A DNA stretch of 63,463 nt, counting the filler, from Asterionella formosa (taxonomy: Eukaryota), in NCBI GenBank assembly GCA_002256025.1. It is 7 parts of 7 records of this genome, joined end to end, with 100 filler letters (N's around TTAATTAATTAA, not from the genome) between each part and the next. Parts side by side here need not be neighbours in the genome. Positions count along the whole stretch, not along the records: positions 9,091 to 18,069 come from NKIB01011337.1; positions 18,170 to 27,152 come from NKIB01011338.1; 5 more parts are not named here. One strand, written 5' to 3'. The position numbers and the translations under genes are program-made. Below are positions 12,150 to 25,031 of the stretch, piece by piece. Within the stretch, counting starts at the first letter, position 1; the number at the start of each line of letters is the position of its first letter. Under the pieces are notes generated by a model. The model was given only the letters and a program-made list of their open reading frames with translations, was not told where the DNA came from and ran no database searches.

Positions 12150-13380
12150 GTATTGTGTAAACACTACGCTGGCGCAAAATGCTCTGTTCAAGAATTACTA
12201 CACTTGGTTACCATCACACCAGTTGCACCTCCACAGGCGCTACAAAAAGCTCCGCGTTTCCCTTCCACTGCTTTACATCATTGTCTTCTGGCCCTTTGAC
12301 AACTTTCAAAGTAGCATCTCATGGATTTCAGGGAAAGGATCAGTCAAACAAGAAACGTGACTTACTTCCGTCGTTCATAGTACACGACCTTATGTTTTCG
12401 GAAAAGAAGATGAAGAAACTTATGAAATCAATCGAAGATTCCTTTGAATACACTCAAAGAGCGATCAGATGAATTTGAACAGATTTATAATACTCCAGAA
12501 AAAAATTGAAGCAAGTGTTTCAATTCAATAGTGCCAGAAATTGAAAAGAGGGAAAAATTGCTTTCAAAGAGCAAGAAAACCCAAACAGTTGTTCTTCGTG
12601 GATGAAGACTCTATTCCTACAGAGTCACAGTTCCATCCATTGTCGTATTTTGCTCGTTCTCCTGACATCGGTGATGATGATGAAGAACTCAGTGATTCTC
12701 ATTCATTTGATGAACAAGTTCATGCGATGAATGAAAATACCGGCGGAAATGTTGGAGACATCACTTTTGAAGTAGAAATGGTTGAAACGTTGCAAAACCA
12801 AGAAATATGTCTCACTATTCGTCCAGAACATCAAGAAGAACATCATAAAAGCAGAGAAACTATTGCATTTCTAAAAGAAAAGATATTCAAGAAAAATTCT
12901 GCCATAGATCAAGACCTCGAATTCAAGAAGATCAATGCTGACAGAGCTGTGATGCTGGCTAAGCAACAAGGCAGTTGATGCACTGAGTCGGGAACGAAGT
13001 TTGAAGCACAACATTGAATATTTTTCCAAATCATACATGGATGAAAAAGAAATTCTTTGTAAAATCATCGACAACAATCCCGAAGGCAGCTATTTTTGTG
13101 TTTTGTTAAGAGTCTGCATGATGCAACAAATGAATGAAAAAGTTGCTCCTTTCAAATAGTATAATCATGCACCTCTTGGTCACAATTTTGGATGTATCAA
13201 AATTGACAAAATGTTGAAAAATATTTTGTAACTGATGATAGCGCTTCTGGAATCAAATTGAAGAAGTTTGCAGACTCATATCGAACTGCAGTTGAAAAGT
13301 GGAGAAGCAAAATTTCGGACGAAACGAGAGGGACCATCTTAGGTTCTTTGGGAGTGAAAAAGAACAAATAATGGACCATT
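12150..13380 (+). pseudogene. Decayed ORF convergent with the Plavaka-like transposase (acidic tract plus coiled-coil)
   Basis: Chain of ORF fragments (12179-12472, 12541-12978) with coding-like composition, broken by stops and frameshifts; no family recognised. Confidence 0.35.
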
Positions 13381-13489
13381 GGATAATCATTTCTTAGGAA
13401 ATTGTAGTTTGTGAAAACCTCATAATAACCAATTTAGTATGCGAAACTATATTGTTACCATTATCATTTAAATTATTCTTATATATTTA

Positions 13490-16100
13490 TCAACGTTCGC
13501 TTGTTTGTTCTTGGTCCCACCCGATTGATTTCCATAAATGACGTGGAGGCATGGCAACATAAAAATTATCTTTCCGTATCTGTTCCAAAACTTCTTGCGG
13601 TTTCAGAGATTTCCTTGATTCCTGTGGGTTCAAAGCAGGAACAACAAATGCTGCCGAAAGCATGTTATGAAATTCAATAACGCTCAATTCAGTTGTATCA
13701 TTGCATAAGGTGTCTCCTCTTGCAAAAAACATACGTTTATGAATTTTCATTTCAGTTGAAATTTTCAAGGAACGAATACACGCTAAGAGAATGGTTGTTG
13801 TGTTGGAGAAAATAACATTTCTCCAAAGAAGTAGTTTTGCAGGAACTGTGTTGGAACTTGATCCATCTCCTTTCTCCCAGTTCACTTCGACCCAGTCAAA
13901 CCATTGACGAAAGGAGATTCCGGCATTTGAATCATTATTCCATTTCGGATGGCATCTGAAAATAGTATCTTGGCTGGGAACGATACTTTCAATTTTAACA
14001 TGATAATAAAAGTCGATCCTTACAATGGAAACAGCACCATGCCCAACCCCATCTTCAAGACTTTTGATTCTTGCTATTTCTATTGCTGAATTCGCAATGC
14101 TCTTTACGTAGACTAGTTGGCCCCCTTTGGTAAATCAGGATGAACCAATTGAGACAAGGGTGCATCCTTACTCCGTGCTACATGCCAAATCTTATTAGGG
14201 ACACCTGTTATAGTCCATAGACCATTTGATGATGAAGCAGAGAATTGAACTTTAGCAGGAAGGGATGGTGAATGGATCTTGGTAGGCGATATTCCCAAAT
14301 TATGAGGCGACATACTAGGCTACATCCTTGTATCCTGAATCATTCCCTCAAAATCAATTTCTGTGGAAATGCCCTCAGTTATATTCATATGTACTACGTT
14401 ACTCATCTTCTTTTGTTTGTTTTCTGTATGTAATGTATCACTTGCAAAAACAATTTTTCGTGCCAATGAAAGCTGCCTTGTTTCATATGACCTTGTTAAA
14501 ATGTCATGCTTTAATCGATGTAATTGTCCATTGACACGCTTACTGGGTCGTTTCAATTTTTCTTTTAAAAAAGACTTCAAATATCCACCAAAGAAATTAA
14601 GAGGAGATCCGAGCGAACTTCCTAATCAGATGAGGGTAATGTTTCATTCCGTGAAATTTGCCATTTGTAAGCCAATTTTAGATATCATTTCCCATTGGGG
14701 ACCAATCATAATCTTAGTAACTGACATAAATCTCTCAACCCTTTCCTCTAAAATATCAAAACATATTGATGTATACTGCGGTATGAATAAAGTGTCATTG
14801 ATAGATATACATAACCATAAAAGCGATGTGAAATCCTTTTCTAGGTGCATTGAAAAAATAGTTAACAGACATAATCCCGGAATTTCTTGCCCTGACATTT
14901 TTGACAAAGCTGTCATCCCAGATCTGTATGACAATTTTGGAATATCACGATCGCTTTGCCTTTCCAAATGACTATTGATATGAAATATCTAGCACTTTGT
15001 TCGAAGTATAGTATAGTTTCGAAAATAGCTACATTTCTGGTGCTGGTACAAGTGTTGGGTCTTGATTTTGCCAGTGTAGATATTTTTGATAACTGGCGCG
15101 TGTGTCCTTTTTGGTCTTTGCCCGTTTCTTCGGTTGCTCTTGATCAAGAAAAGCAGTGTCTGCTAAAATCGGGATTATCAGGATCTTTAGTAGAAACCAG
15201 GCAATCACGACAAACATATCGTCGATATAATCCATTACCACCCCTGAAACCACAAATTCTGTTGTGTTCTTCTGTATCACCAATGATCATTCCAATCTGG
15301 AAATAAAATTTTGTCATACCAAGACCATGAACCCAAAAATCGTGTAACTTGTTTGGATTGCTCTTCGAAAGGCGACAATAGAAATCCTGTAACAGAATGG
15401 TATAATTTGAGTGTACATAAGGAAAAGTTGTGACCAGATAGCATATTATTCATTTGTTTCTCCAGATCACTGACTTCAATGTCTGGCAAAAGAGATACTA
15501 ATTGCCATCCATCAACTTTTTTCCTTCCTTCTGACGTTAAGTTTAACATTGTCAACAAAAACGGATGCTCAGAATGTTTCATTTGTTTATCAATAGGTGA
15601 ACCGTCACTGAAAACTGCTCGGGCAACAAATAAACACCCTGTCTTCAACACTCCATTTTCTGATGCAGAAAAATTGTTGAATGAATTTTCAAACCAAGTC
15701 GCAGAAATTACTTCGTCATATATGCGTTCTCCACAAGTTGTAAATTTCACTTGTGGGTGACATACAAAATATTGGAGTGTGCGTGGGATGATCATGTTTG
15801 AATTGTTATCAATCTGTCTTTGTTTGGTCAACAATTGACCACCAGAAATGAAATATCCATGCGTTTTTTCAAAGTCTGGTAGGATGGAGCTTCATACGTT
15901 CCATCAAAACATTTCATTGCTTTTGCCTTGAAGAGTCATTTCATTAGATGATCAAAGTAAACTGGTGGAAGGTAATTCTCATTAAGAAATAACATGAGTT
16001 CTAATTCGATTGAATGCGCGCATGTTTAGGGAATGTTTACTAGGAATTTGAAATTGAGGAGGAAGGGGCATTTCCATTGCATTTTCAAGGAGAAAGCCGG
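13490..16100 (-). pseudogene. Plavaka-like transposase pseudogene
   Basis: Ordered fragments: IYDEVISATWFE; FSDGSPID..SEHPFLLTMLNL..GRKK..GWQLVSLLPD; LKLYH; MIIGDTEEHNRICG..VCRDC; RQSDRDIPKLSYRSGMTALSKMSGQE; WFDWVEVNW..PAKLLLW. This is the motif order of Plavaka (PF18759)-type proteins; many frameshifts. Confidence 0.7.
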
Positions 16101-17624
16101 TGTGATCTTGATATGAGTGTCAGTAGATGATATTTGTTGTGGAAGTAGCAATTCCACTAGGATTCCTTCCATATTCAGATCGACTCTTTTGTGAAAGTCC
16201 AGTGTATATTTCCTTAAAATAAACGATTAAATCATCAGTCCATTGATCAGTGAGACCGTTTGAAACTGAACTTTCTTCCCTCACACGTTTTTGATAAGTG
16301 GTTTCCCACAAATGTCGACAAAATCAGTAGAATGACGAATATCACTCTCTGAAATTTCATGGATATCTGGATTGAAACCCAAATATTTCATGGTTATCTG
16401 GATTGAGTCCCAAATATTTTGGTTGCAATCGGAATTTTCCTATCGGTACCAAGAAGCAAAAGGCTTCTGTACTGTCATTGATCAGCGAACCAACATAACG
16501 TGATTGATATTTACACTGCGCCCGAACGCACACTGAGTTGAAATTTGGCTTCTTGGTCACACCAGTTTTGTCTCCTGTTAAGAATTGTTCTCCACATCTT
16601 GTCCTGCCTATAAAATACACTGGAGCAAGAACATCACGCCAGCCTTGGTATCCTTGGCTTCCCCTGTCAATGTCCTTTGACTGCGCAAAACGATAAAGCG
16701 TGAACGCCCACCTAATGCCCACCTAATAAAGTCATCAATATCCATAGTCTGGAAGTTAGCTATATTCTGTTAGACCAGCTGGTGTGTCATGAATCATGGT
16801 AGCATTTTTAAATTGAAACATATTTGATAAGAATATAATCACCAAATGGATATATGGTGCATTGAATATTTTCGAATTATCTATATGCGAATATGATCAT
16901 CTCAACAATACCAGACGTGCCATATTAAGAGTGCTGTCTTTGAATTTTATAAATGTACGACACTTGATATATTTGAATATTTACAAATTTTATAACTATA
17001 TACAAGCGAAATATTTTGGAAATTGTTCTGTCATGTTAACAAACAATGCCTGCTTCATGAAAAGAAATATCGTAGTACAGCATATGACAAGGAAAGCAAG
17101 TTTACGCAATAACGAAAAACATTGCAGCTTCGACACATTGCGCCTTCGAAGGATGGTGGAGTATGTTTAAGTTGATGAAGCCATCATTGTGGTACTTGGA
17201 TGAAAATCATTGGGGGGCATGACACCACCATTTTGAAAACTAAACGAACGTTTCCTTTTTTCTCAGTTTATTCACTAGCCCGTTTCTCTTGTTGGGGAGC
17301 AGCATAGAGTTTAGCTGATTTTAGGATGCGTTGTAGTAACAAAGAGAAGGAATGACTTGTTAGCTAGTCATGTTACACTGACACAACATCACGCCATTCC
17401 ATCGTGGTTTTATCCTCTTGCTTCCTTCACTTACCACAAATCAAAGCAAGTGATGCAGAAGTCTGTAAAAGTAAATTGTCAGTAAATTCTTGAATACTAA
17501 GTAAGTTTCAGGTATCCAATGTTGTCGAATAAAACTTACCGATTCATTTTCTTTAGCTTAACTTTGAGAGACGGTAAATGTGGCGTGTCTGTCAGTTATG
17601 TGCCAACAGAAGTGAATAGGTCCC

Positions 17625-17925
17625 TGCAAGCACCCAAAAAAATGATACATGTGCATCCAGTAGTGTGGCCAGCGCTAGTTTGAACGACCGCGCAAACCAT
17701 TGCCAATCAAATGGAGTTAAGTAATTCATGTTGCTTAATCATATTATTATAGATGTGGAAGCGGGCACTTACAATGGAATTTTTTGTACAGGAGATTTTA
17801 TGACTATATATTTTAGAACAAGAATACCATTCCGATGATGACATTTCAGCGATTAGTGATTCTGATTCCGACATTTTGGAGACCGTTGAAAAGGCCGATT
17901 TTGTCGAATTTTTGGACAATGATAC
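17625..17925. repeat. Dispersed repeat, homologous to the reverse complement of 60780-61080
   Basis: Shared GATTCTGATTCCGA..GGAGACCGT.GAAAAGGCCGATTTTGTCGAATTTTTGGACAA.GATA and flanking sequence. Confidence 0.8.
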
Positions 17926-18169
17926 CTATACCTGTTACTGCGCTGGTACCACTTAAAAACTGTAAGCCACCGCTATGACGACTTTTGAACTGTAAGCCAC
18001 CGCTAAACGGAGTAAACGCACGGTTTGAACTTAGTTTGGAAGATACGTTAATTATTGTCACGAAGGAGTNNNNNNNNNNNNNNNNNNNNNNNNNNNNNNN
18101 NNNNNNNNNNNNNTTAATTAATTAANNNNNNNNNNNNNNNNNNNNNNNNNNNNNNNNNNNNNNNNNNNN

Positions 18170-19544
18170 TCATCCTACATTGAAACCGACATCTTCTCCA
18201 ACTGTTGATCCTACAATGATACCGACTAACGAACCCACAGCATCTCCAACTTATGATCCTACATTGAAACCGACTGCAGGCCCCACAACTGCACCTACTT
18301 ATTATCCTACATTGATGCCTTCATCAACGCCAACTGATTATCCTACATTGAAACCGACATCTTCTCCAACTGTTGATCCTACAATGATACCGACTAACGA
18401 ACCCACAGCATCTCCAACTGATGATCTTACATTGAAACCGACTAACGAACCCACAGCATCTCCAACTGATGATCCTACAATTATTCCTTCATCACTGCCA
18501 ACTGATCATCCTACACTGAAACCGACTGCGGAACCTACAACTTCACCTAGTTTTTCACCCACAATGATACTGACTGAATACCCTTCGCCCTCGCATATCG
18601 CTGCCAAAACGTTGACACCGACTGCTGACTCCAGTGCTTCTCGTACTGATCATCCTTCATTGTTAGCAACTGCTCTCACTGATAATTCTACATTGGTTAT
18701 AGTGTATGCTTTACAAGCCAATGTGTCGGTCACTGTGGCCCAGATGGTGGCTAAAATGGATGTCAGCTCTACGGAGACATTTCGAAATACCACCCAAGCG
18801 TTTTTGGCCAACTGGTTGCGACTTCGAGTACCTCCCGTGTCAAACGTGAAAGTTACGGTGCTTAATCAATCATTGTCAAAGTTAACACTACGACGACGGG
18901 TAGCACAGGCTACTGACATTGTGATAAGTATGCTTGTATCGGGAGATACAAAAGTGAGGGATTTGGATTTAGCAACAATATGCAATACCATCGTTGATGA
19001 CAAGGGGCATATCCTTGTTAACCGCCTTCAGGCGACCAATGACATTTCCTTCAGTCAAGTGGTGAATATTACGTCAACAAATCATACACCAGAAGCAGTA
19101 GTGGAAGGGGGATCTAAGATTTCACCTGTGGAAGGCGGAACCACAAGTACTGGTGCCTCAAATTTCTGGGCCAACTATGGTATTTACATCTGGGTTGGTT
19201 GTATTGCCTTTTTAATCGCCTCTTTTGGTACCATGCGTTTCATCTACAAAAGGCGTAGAGAGGAACAAGAAGAAGAAGAATACACAGCGCCTGTGGATTC
19301 AACAATAGTAAAACGCCATGTTGATTTTGATGATAACTTAGAGTATTGTTCAGTGATTGAAAACGAGAGAACGAGACCATTTCATCTCCCGGGTCATCCA
19401 TCGTTGACGCCACTTTTTGAAGATGTGTTCTCCCGCAACTCTGAAACTACAAATGCATTGTTGGGACAAAGTCCTCAATGTATTATATGTGAATGTAAGA
19501 CATTGGGATGTGCATGCACTTTAAAGATGGCTGAGTCGGAGTGA
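18170..19544 (+). CDS. Pro/Thr-repeat (mucin-like) single-pass membrane protein, 5' truncated by contig end
   Basis: PTxxPT repeats, a globular domain, a TM helix YGIYIWVGCIAFLIASFGTMRFIY followed by KRRR, and a Cys-rich tail CIICECKTLGCAC. Confidence 0.75.
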
Positions 19545-19849
19545 TTGTAATTCACAGAACCTGCTTTTGACGCTATCATTGACTTGAGCATATTTTGGGA
19601 TTACCACAAACTAACATCTCAAAAAGTTGAGACTAAATTTAGTTTGATTCATGATTTGAGCAAATATTTAATATATACATGAGCTGAAGTGCTAAAATAC
19701 CAACAAGTTGCAGTAAACGAGAATGTAGCTCCATTTTTGTCAAGGAATAAAACCCGTCTATTACTGTAACTCTCAGGCTTTGTGAATGAGTGTTTGACAT
19801 GATGGAAAGAGGGGCAAATGAATGAATGTTTGCCTATTAACTTTCTCAG

Positions 19850-20420
19850 CAAGCACTAAAGGAGTTTGGAAGGGTTTTTTTGTTTACTCAAAAACAAAAT
19901 GGCAGTACCGACACGAATGAAAATCTTGAAGCTTCATTCAACCAGCCAAATATCCCACATGTGACATACTGTTGCAGAGAGCATGGATGCGAGGTATAGA
20001 AAAAGGGTTTGGAACCAACCAAGTGCGACGAGACCGACATTGAGTTCGTGGTGCTCAAAATGGTCGGCCAGAACCGGGAGCTTCAATTGAATCAAGCCTG
20101 CAAAAAAAGCGTAAATTTTTTTTAAACATCGCAACTGAGGCCAGGACATGTGTCAAAGATTATATGAGGTGAAGAAACAATCCATCAAACGAAAGACAGT
20201 CTCCTCGACCACCAAACTATCATCAATAGCTTAATCATCAATCTGGGACAAATCCAAGACGTTCACATGGGGAACCTTCTCAGAGCCAATGATATCAGAA
20301 GGCAATGTGCCTTTCAAGGCGCACCATCGCACAGAATCTTGAGGGACACGAAGCAAGTGAGCAACCACATAGTCCATTCCTTGGCAACCCATTGGTGGTA
20401 CCTCTGAGGCCCAAGGATTT
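19850..20420 (-). pseudogene. Rab-GAP TBC-domain gene fragment with in-frame stops
   Basis: CQGMDYVVAHLL (YxQGM-type motif), EETVFRLM, KLPVLADHFEHHEL, GWFQTLF, HMWDIWLVE*SFKIFIRVG. Confidence 0.7.
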
Positions 20421-20834
20421 TGCTATCACAAATGTTGTATGCAATTCTCTTTGTGCTTGTATATATGTGACAATATTTTACAGGTGTTGATACTTTACAG
20501 GGAAAAGTAAGGTAATTTACAAAATGTATGTGTAGTAAATCAATGAATACTAGACCTTTATGTTGTCTTATGATACACATAAAAATTTGGGAGAGTTACC
20601 AAAATGTTCAAAATACGGTGCCTAAGGTGCAAGAAAATATGATCCACACATACCAGCAGTTAGCTACCGGTATAATAACTTCCGGTAGCTACTGGTACTA
20701 CATGTACGTATAGCGCTATCCGTTTTGCTTGATCCTCCTTCATCACACATTCCCTTTCCTGTCGAGGGAGCCCTCCTGTCTGTTGCTTGTATTGCCGTTC
20801 GCAACTACTCCATCGCACAATCATCATCACAACA

Positions 20835-21107
20835 ATGTCGGCATGCTGCTCGTCATTGATTTCTAACAGAATCAAAGTTCTATCCTTGTATCGACAATTA
20901 CTTCGTGGCGCAATGAAAATGCCAACCCCCAATCGTCAGCAATATGTCATTCATAAAACAAGAGATGAATTTAAAGCCAACAAATATTTAACTGATCCAG
21001 AACAAATTCATTTCCATATACGATTGGCAGATACTAATTTGGATACAGTGTTGGTGCAAGCGGCACATTTGACCACATTATTTCAAGATCCGACATATAA
21101 GCTTTAG
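20835..21107 (+). CDS. LYR-motif (Complex1_LYR family) mitochondrial protein
   Basis: VLSLYRQLLR...RDEFKANK..TDPEQI pattern; 90 aa. Confidence 0.85.
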   Translation: MSACCSSLISNRIKVLSLYRQLLRGAMKMPTPNRQQYVIHKTRDEFKANKYLTDPEQIHFHIRLADTNLDTVLVQAAHLTTLFQDPTYKL

Positions 21108-21953
21108 AACAAAGTTGCCCAGAGGTGGCAAATTGGATGATGACATTGAGGGAAGAAGGCAACAACCACAAAGTTTTGTTGGCGTGGTCTACAGTAATTT
21201 AGGAGTAAATCATCAAAATGTTAGAGGCGATACAACCAAATTCCATGTTTTCGTTCCAGTACTTTTATTGAATATATTGGTGCACTTCTTTCATGTAGCT
21301 ATGATAGTTGAGTATTCAAAAATTTGCCAAGACCTAACACAAGGAGGAACGAATCAGACATGCATGGCTAATTTATAAAGAAACTAGTATAGTGCGGCAT
21401 TGACATGGGATGCACATACTATGATAGGAGGGGCAAACGGAATGACCTGGCCACATTCTGAAATATGCAACATGTGATAGCAGTCGCAGTATTTCTAAAC
21501 AAAGTGGGTTGCGGTGGCTAGGTCAAACTTTCCTCTTGTCCACATTCAACAATCTAGAAGTTTATAAGCGAGACTGGGGTTCACAGCAAGGATAGACCAT
21601 GATAAAATCAAGAGATCCAAGCTAGAACGATCTTTGGCAGTGGACACAGGTCAATCGTACTAACTAAATACATAATAGTGCTATATTTCAAGGAAATTCC
21701 CATTTTACTTGCTTTCTTACCTCCTCCCACCTCCAATGCCACTCTATTCTCAACCACTGTCTTGACTCCAAGCACATCACAGAAAATGACAGTCATAGAC
21801 ACAATCAATCCAGACAATACAAACTACTATAATTACCTTTAACCTTATGGCATGTGCAAAGTGAAGTGGAACGAAAACTAAAAGAGTGGTGAGCAATAGT
21901 TGCTAATGGGTTAATTGCTTTGACAGGATACACAAATTACAGATGCTCATGCT

Positions 21954-23342
21954 TTACAGCAAAAGTGGATATTGGAAAACTTTCCCTTGGACCAATGGTC
22001 CCAAGTCATTTCCTGAATAACTGGTCAAGGGTGATATTTCTACATCTCCTTCATCACTCTGACTAAATTGTCCTCCAGCTTTAATGACCCATGCTTTCGA
22101 TCGAGCTGTCATCATGGCACATGCTGTTTCAGGAGAATCTGGTCCTGTAGCATTCTTGACTGGGGCAAATTCTTCTGATCGTTCCACATCCATCACTGCC
22201 ATGGATTTGCTCATCGGAAAAACATCAAAAATAAAACTTTCCAATTTCAATCCATTTTCGGAAGTTGGGGACACTGTAGAATGACCATTAAAATATGGAA
22301 TCTTCTTTCGTGCAATGTGATACATATGTCCCATCGTTGGCACAATGACATTTTGGATAAAGTCTAATGTATAAAAGTGATTGCAAATGTTGGCAGCTCC
22401 AAATTCAAGACGACCTTGAGAATCAGTGCGTTCTGCCATTTCTTTTGTAATTTCCGAATATTCGACAATGCATGAATGTCCATTTCGCTCTGCTAGGACT
22501 CCCACTTTTTCATGAGCATGGGCCTTCCATACAACCTTATTTCCACAATCAGCCTGCTGGGATATGCAATATCCAATAAAGATAGGATCTGCCGGCTTGA
22601 TCAAGGCATTGTCAATGCTGAAGACATGTAAATACTGAATCCCATGATCTGTCATTTTTTGGATCATTCCTGAATTTACCAAGGCTGGGTAGATTCCGCC
22701 ATTTCCATCAGGTGCCATTGCCACGCTAGACTTGGATTCCATAATAATAGTCCCATCGTCGAAAAGACAGGGCAACATCCCTTGAGGAAAGCAAGTGACT
22801 GAATTCAAACCAAAATTATGATTCTGTTCGAAGAAGCGCATGGTTTCCTCGTGATTCAGTGGGGATGTCATAACATAGAGGGGAATGGTCGGACTTAACT
22901 TGACCAATCTTTCTGCTAGCAATTGAAAGAGCGTTTTCCCACTCTGTAGTCCAATGTCGTACATTCCCTTGGGACCATCGAATCCAAGGCGCGTGCCTTG
23001 TCCTCCCGCCAAGACCAAGGCAGCAACGCTACCCTGATGAATAGCTTCCATTCCAACAGCATCATCGCAATCGCTGCTGGGTGCAACAGTTTTGGAAAAT
23101 GGTGCAATAATGGCGTCAGTACCGGTAGTTGTTGACTCCGTCTGACGAGCGGCATTCAAAAAGCCAGAAAGGGGTTCGACATCAAATGACATTAACTGGT
23201 GCAGCAACGCTGTTCGTTCCTCAAGAGTCAAGTCGTCCCAGTACTGGAAGACATGACCTTGACCAGCGGCATCGAAACGAGCACGAAGCTCGTGTTCGTT
23301 GGGGGAACTAGTATTTGTTGTTGTTGTCATTGTTGTTGTCAT
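21954..23342 (-). CDS. UAP1: UDP-N-acetylglucosamine pyrophosphorylase
   Basis: GQGHVF, LAGGQGTRLG..GPKG, MAPDGNGG, DNALIKPADP, EKVGV, VEYSE, NICNH, KLESFIFDVF, EEFAPVKNA, EISPL.SY.G. Confidence 0.95.
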   Translation of the reverse strand: MTTTMTTTTNTSSPNEHELRARFDAAGQGHVFQYWDDLTLEERTALLHQLMSFDVEPLSGFLNAARQTESTTTGTDAIIAPFSKTVAPSSDCDDAVGMEAIHQGSVAALVLAGGQGTRLGFDGPKGMYDIGLQSGKTLFQLLAERLVKLSPTIPLYVMTSPLNHEETMRFFEQNHNFGLNSVTCFPQGMLPCLFDDGTIIMESKSSVAMAPDGNGGIYPALVNSGMIQKMTDHGIQYLHVFSIDNALIKPADPIFIGYCISQQADCGNKVVWKAHAHEKVGVLAERNGHSCIVEYSEITKEMAERTDSQGRLEFGAANICNHFYTLDFIQNVIVPTMGHMYHIARKKIPYFNGHSTVSPTSENGLKLESFIFDVFPMSKSMAVMDVERSEEFAPVKNATGPDSPETACAMMTARSKAWVIKAGGQFSQSDEGDVEISPLTSYSGNDLGPLVQGKVFQYPLLL

Positions 23343-23700
23343 CAGCCAGTCGACAATTTCGGTAATATGAAAATATACAGATCCACCGTGCAATCACATT
23401 TATCGTGATCATAGGATCACAGGCAGCAACTGGATCAATCATCTTTCAGTTCAGTTCTACCGGACAAAGTACACGGATTCTGTGTACCTGGTAAAATGAT
23501 CAAACTGTTTATCATCAAGAAGAACACAGTGAAGTAAGTTACACATAACAGTGATTTTCGAAAACCGGTACCGCTAGTGAAGATCACCTTTGTTTAAAGT
23601 GAGCTCATCTACGTAGTTAGGACTCGGAGTCAAACGAGTCAACCGATTCGAATGAGTCAACTTTGATGTACCAAGCTCTCATCAACCACACATTATACCT

Positions 23701-24017
23701 TGTTACTCCGACTATAAGCAATGAGCCGGACAATATAAGCTATTTCGGAAGACCGATAGTTTGAAATGAATGATCATGGTTAAATACCTATGATCAGTAA
23801 GTGTGAGATAGACATGGGTCTATCTATGATTGTATGTTCCTAGAAATGCAAACAGCATTTGGAGAATAGTTCGTTTGTTTTGTTCAAACAGAACAACCTA
23901 AACTAGATTAGTAAACTCACAATAAGAATATAGAAACGGAAAGAGAAACAAACGTCTCTATCTATAGTCTTCTTTGTCTAACGATATAGATCTATACAAA
24001 AAGGTAATACTTTAACA
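23701..24017. mobile_element. Solo LTR (317 bp)
   Basis: TGTTA...TAACA termini flanked by TACCT / CACCT (5-bp TSD with one mismatch); no internal ORF. Confidence 0.6.
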
Positions 24018-25031
24018 CACCTTTAAGGTGTTCTCCCGGATGATTGATTGTCCGGTATCTGCCTGGTACTAGATCGTAGTAGCATCCTACCAAAGGCTAA
24101 GTAAATATATGGAATCCCATGTTGTTTACACAGATAAGTTTTTCGTGAGTTCCAAGTGTGTTGGAAAGAATTTTGATACATGCATCACGATCCACACACT
24201 TACCAGTACACACCATGGCTGGCATCATTGTTCCATCATTTCATTACTGCAAGACTTGATGGCAGCCCACATTAATCATCCTCTTGGCGAATGCTAATTG
24301 TGCTTGGAAGGCCTTGCAGGAAGTCATTAAATAATTGATGCAGAAATGCACAAGCTAAGCAACTTAAGTAGTAAAGCATGTTTGATAAAATTAAGATAAA
24401 TGTTTATTCTTTCATTTCCTGATTTGCTACTACAATATTGAAACTGTACCTATTAAATAATGAACTCAAATATTCAACAAATACTACTACTTCTAGTTAG
24501 ATACTTAAAATGGTACCATGTACAACAGGTGCCGGTACTTGGTAACCAGCCAGGAACAATATCACCAGCACATAGCATACCATATACCACTAAACACATA
24601 CGCTAAACCTAATGCATATAAATACATATTGTATACCAATTTAACATTTAACATTTCACAGGAACATGGTACATACCAGGTAGGGTACCTGATACCACTC
24701 TTGTAAGTACAACATGACCATATAATTTGACATGTCCATAGTATGCATAAACAACAACCAGTACTAACAGAATGCTTCCTAGAACAGTACTACCATGGGA
24801 GGATTACTCATACCATGTGCTGGGTGCTCTCTAGGGAAGAAAGGCGTCATCCCCAGACCCTAAACATTCACCAAGCATTACTCATCATTGTCTCATGCGT
24901 GACCAAAATTTGCTTTCACCTCCTGGTGCCCCTATGCAATTCACAATACATTTGCCTCTTAATATTTAAAGTATATTAATATGTTACATGTTTGAAGTCT
25001 GTGCATAAAAATATGTGCAACTCTTATGGAG

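Larger units (their letters stand above)
10256..17622 (-). mobile_element. Large decayed DNA transposon carrying a Plavaka-like transposase; limits approximate
   Basis: Contains the transposase relic, a convergent decayed ORF, internal repeats and (TA)43. Both flanks (10256-10510, 16840-17305, 17445-17622) recur together at 52040-53395. Confidence 0.55.

Noticed and set aside
11961..12360. ORFs with YIYIYI runs
   Set aside because: These are translations of the (TA)n microsatellite.
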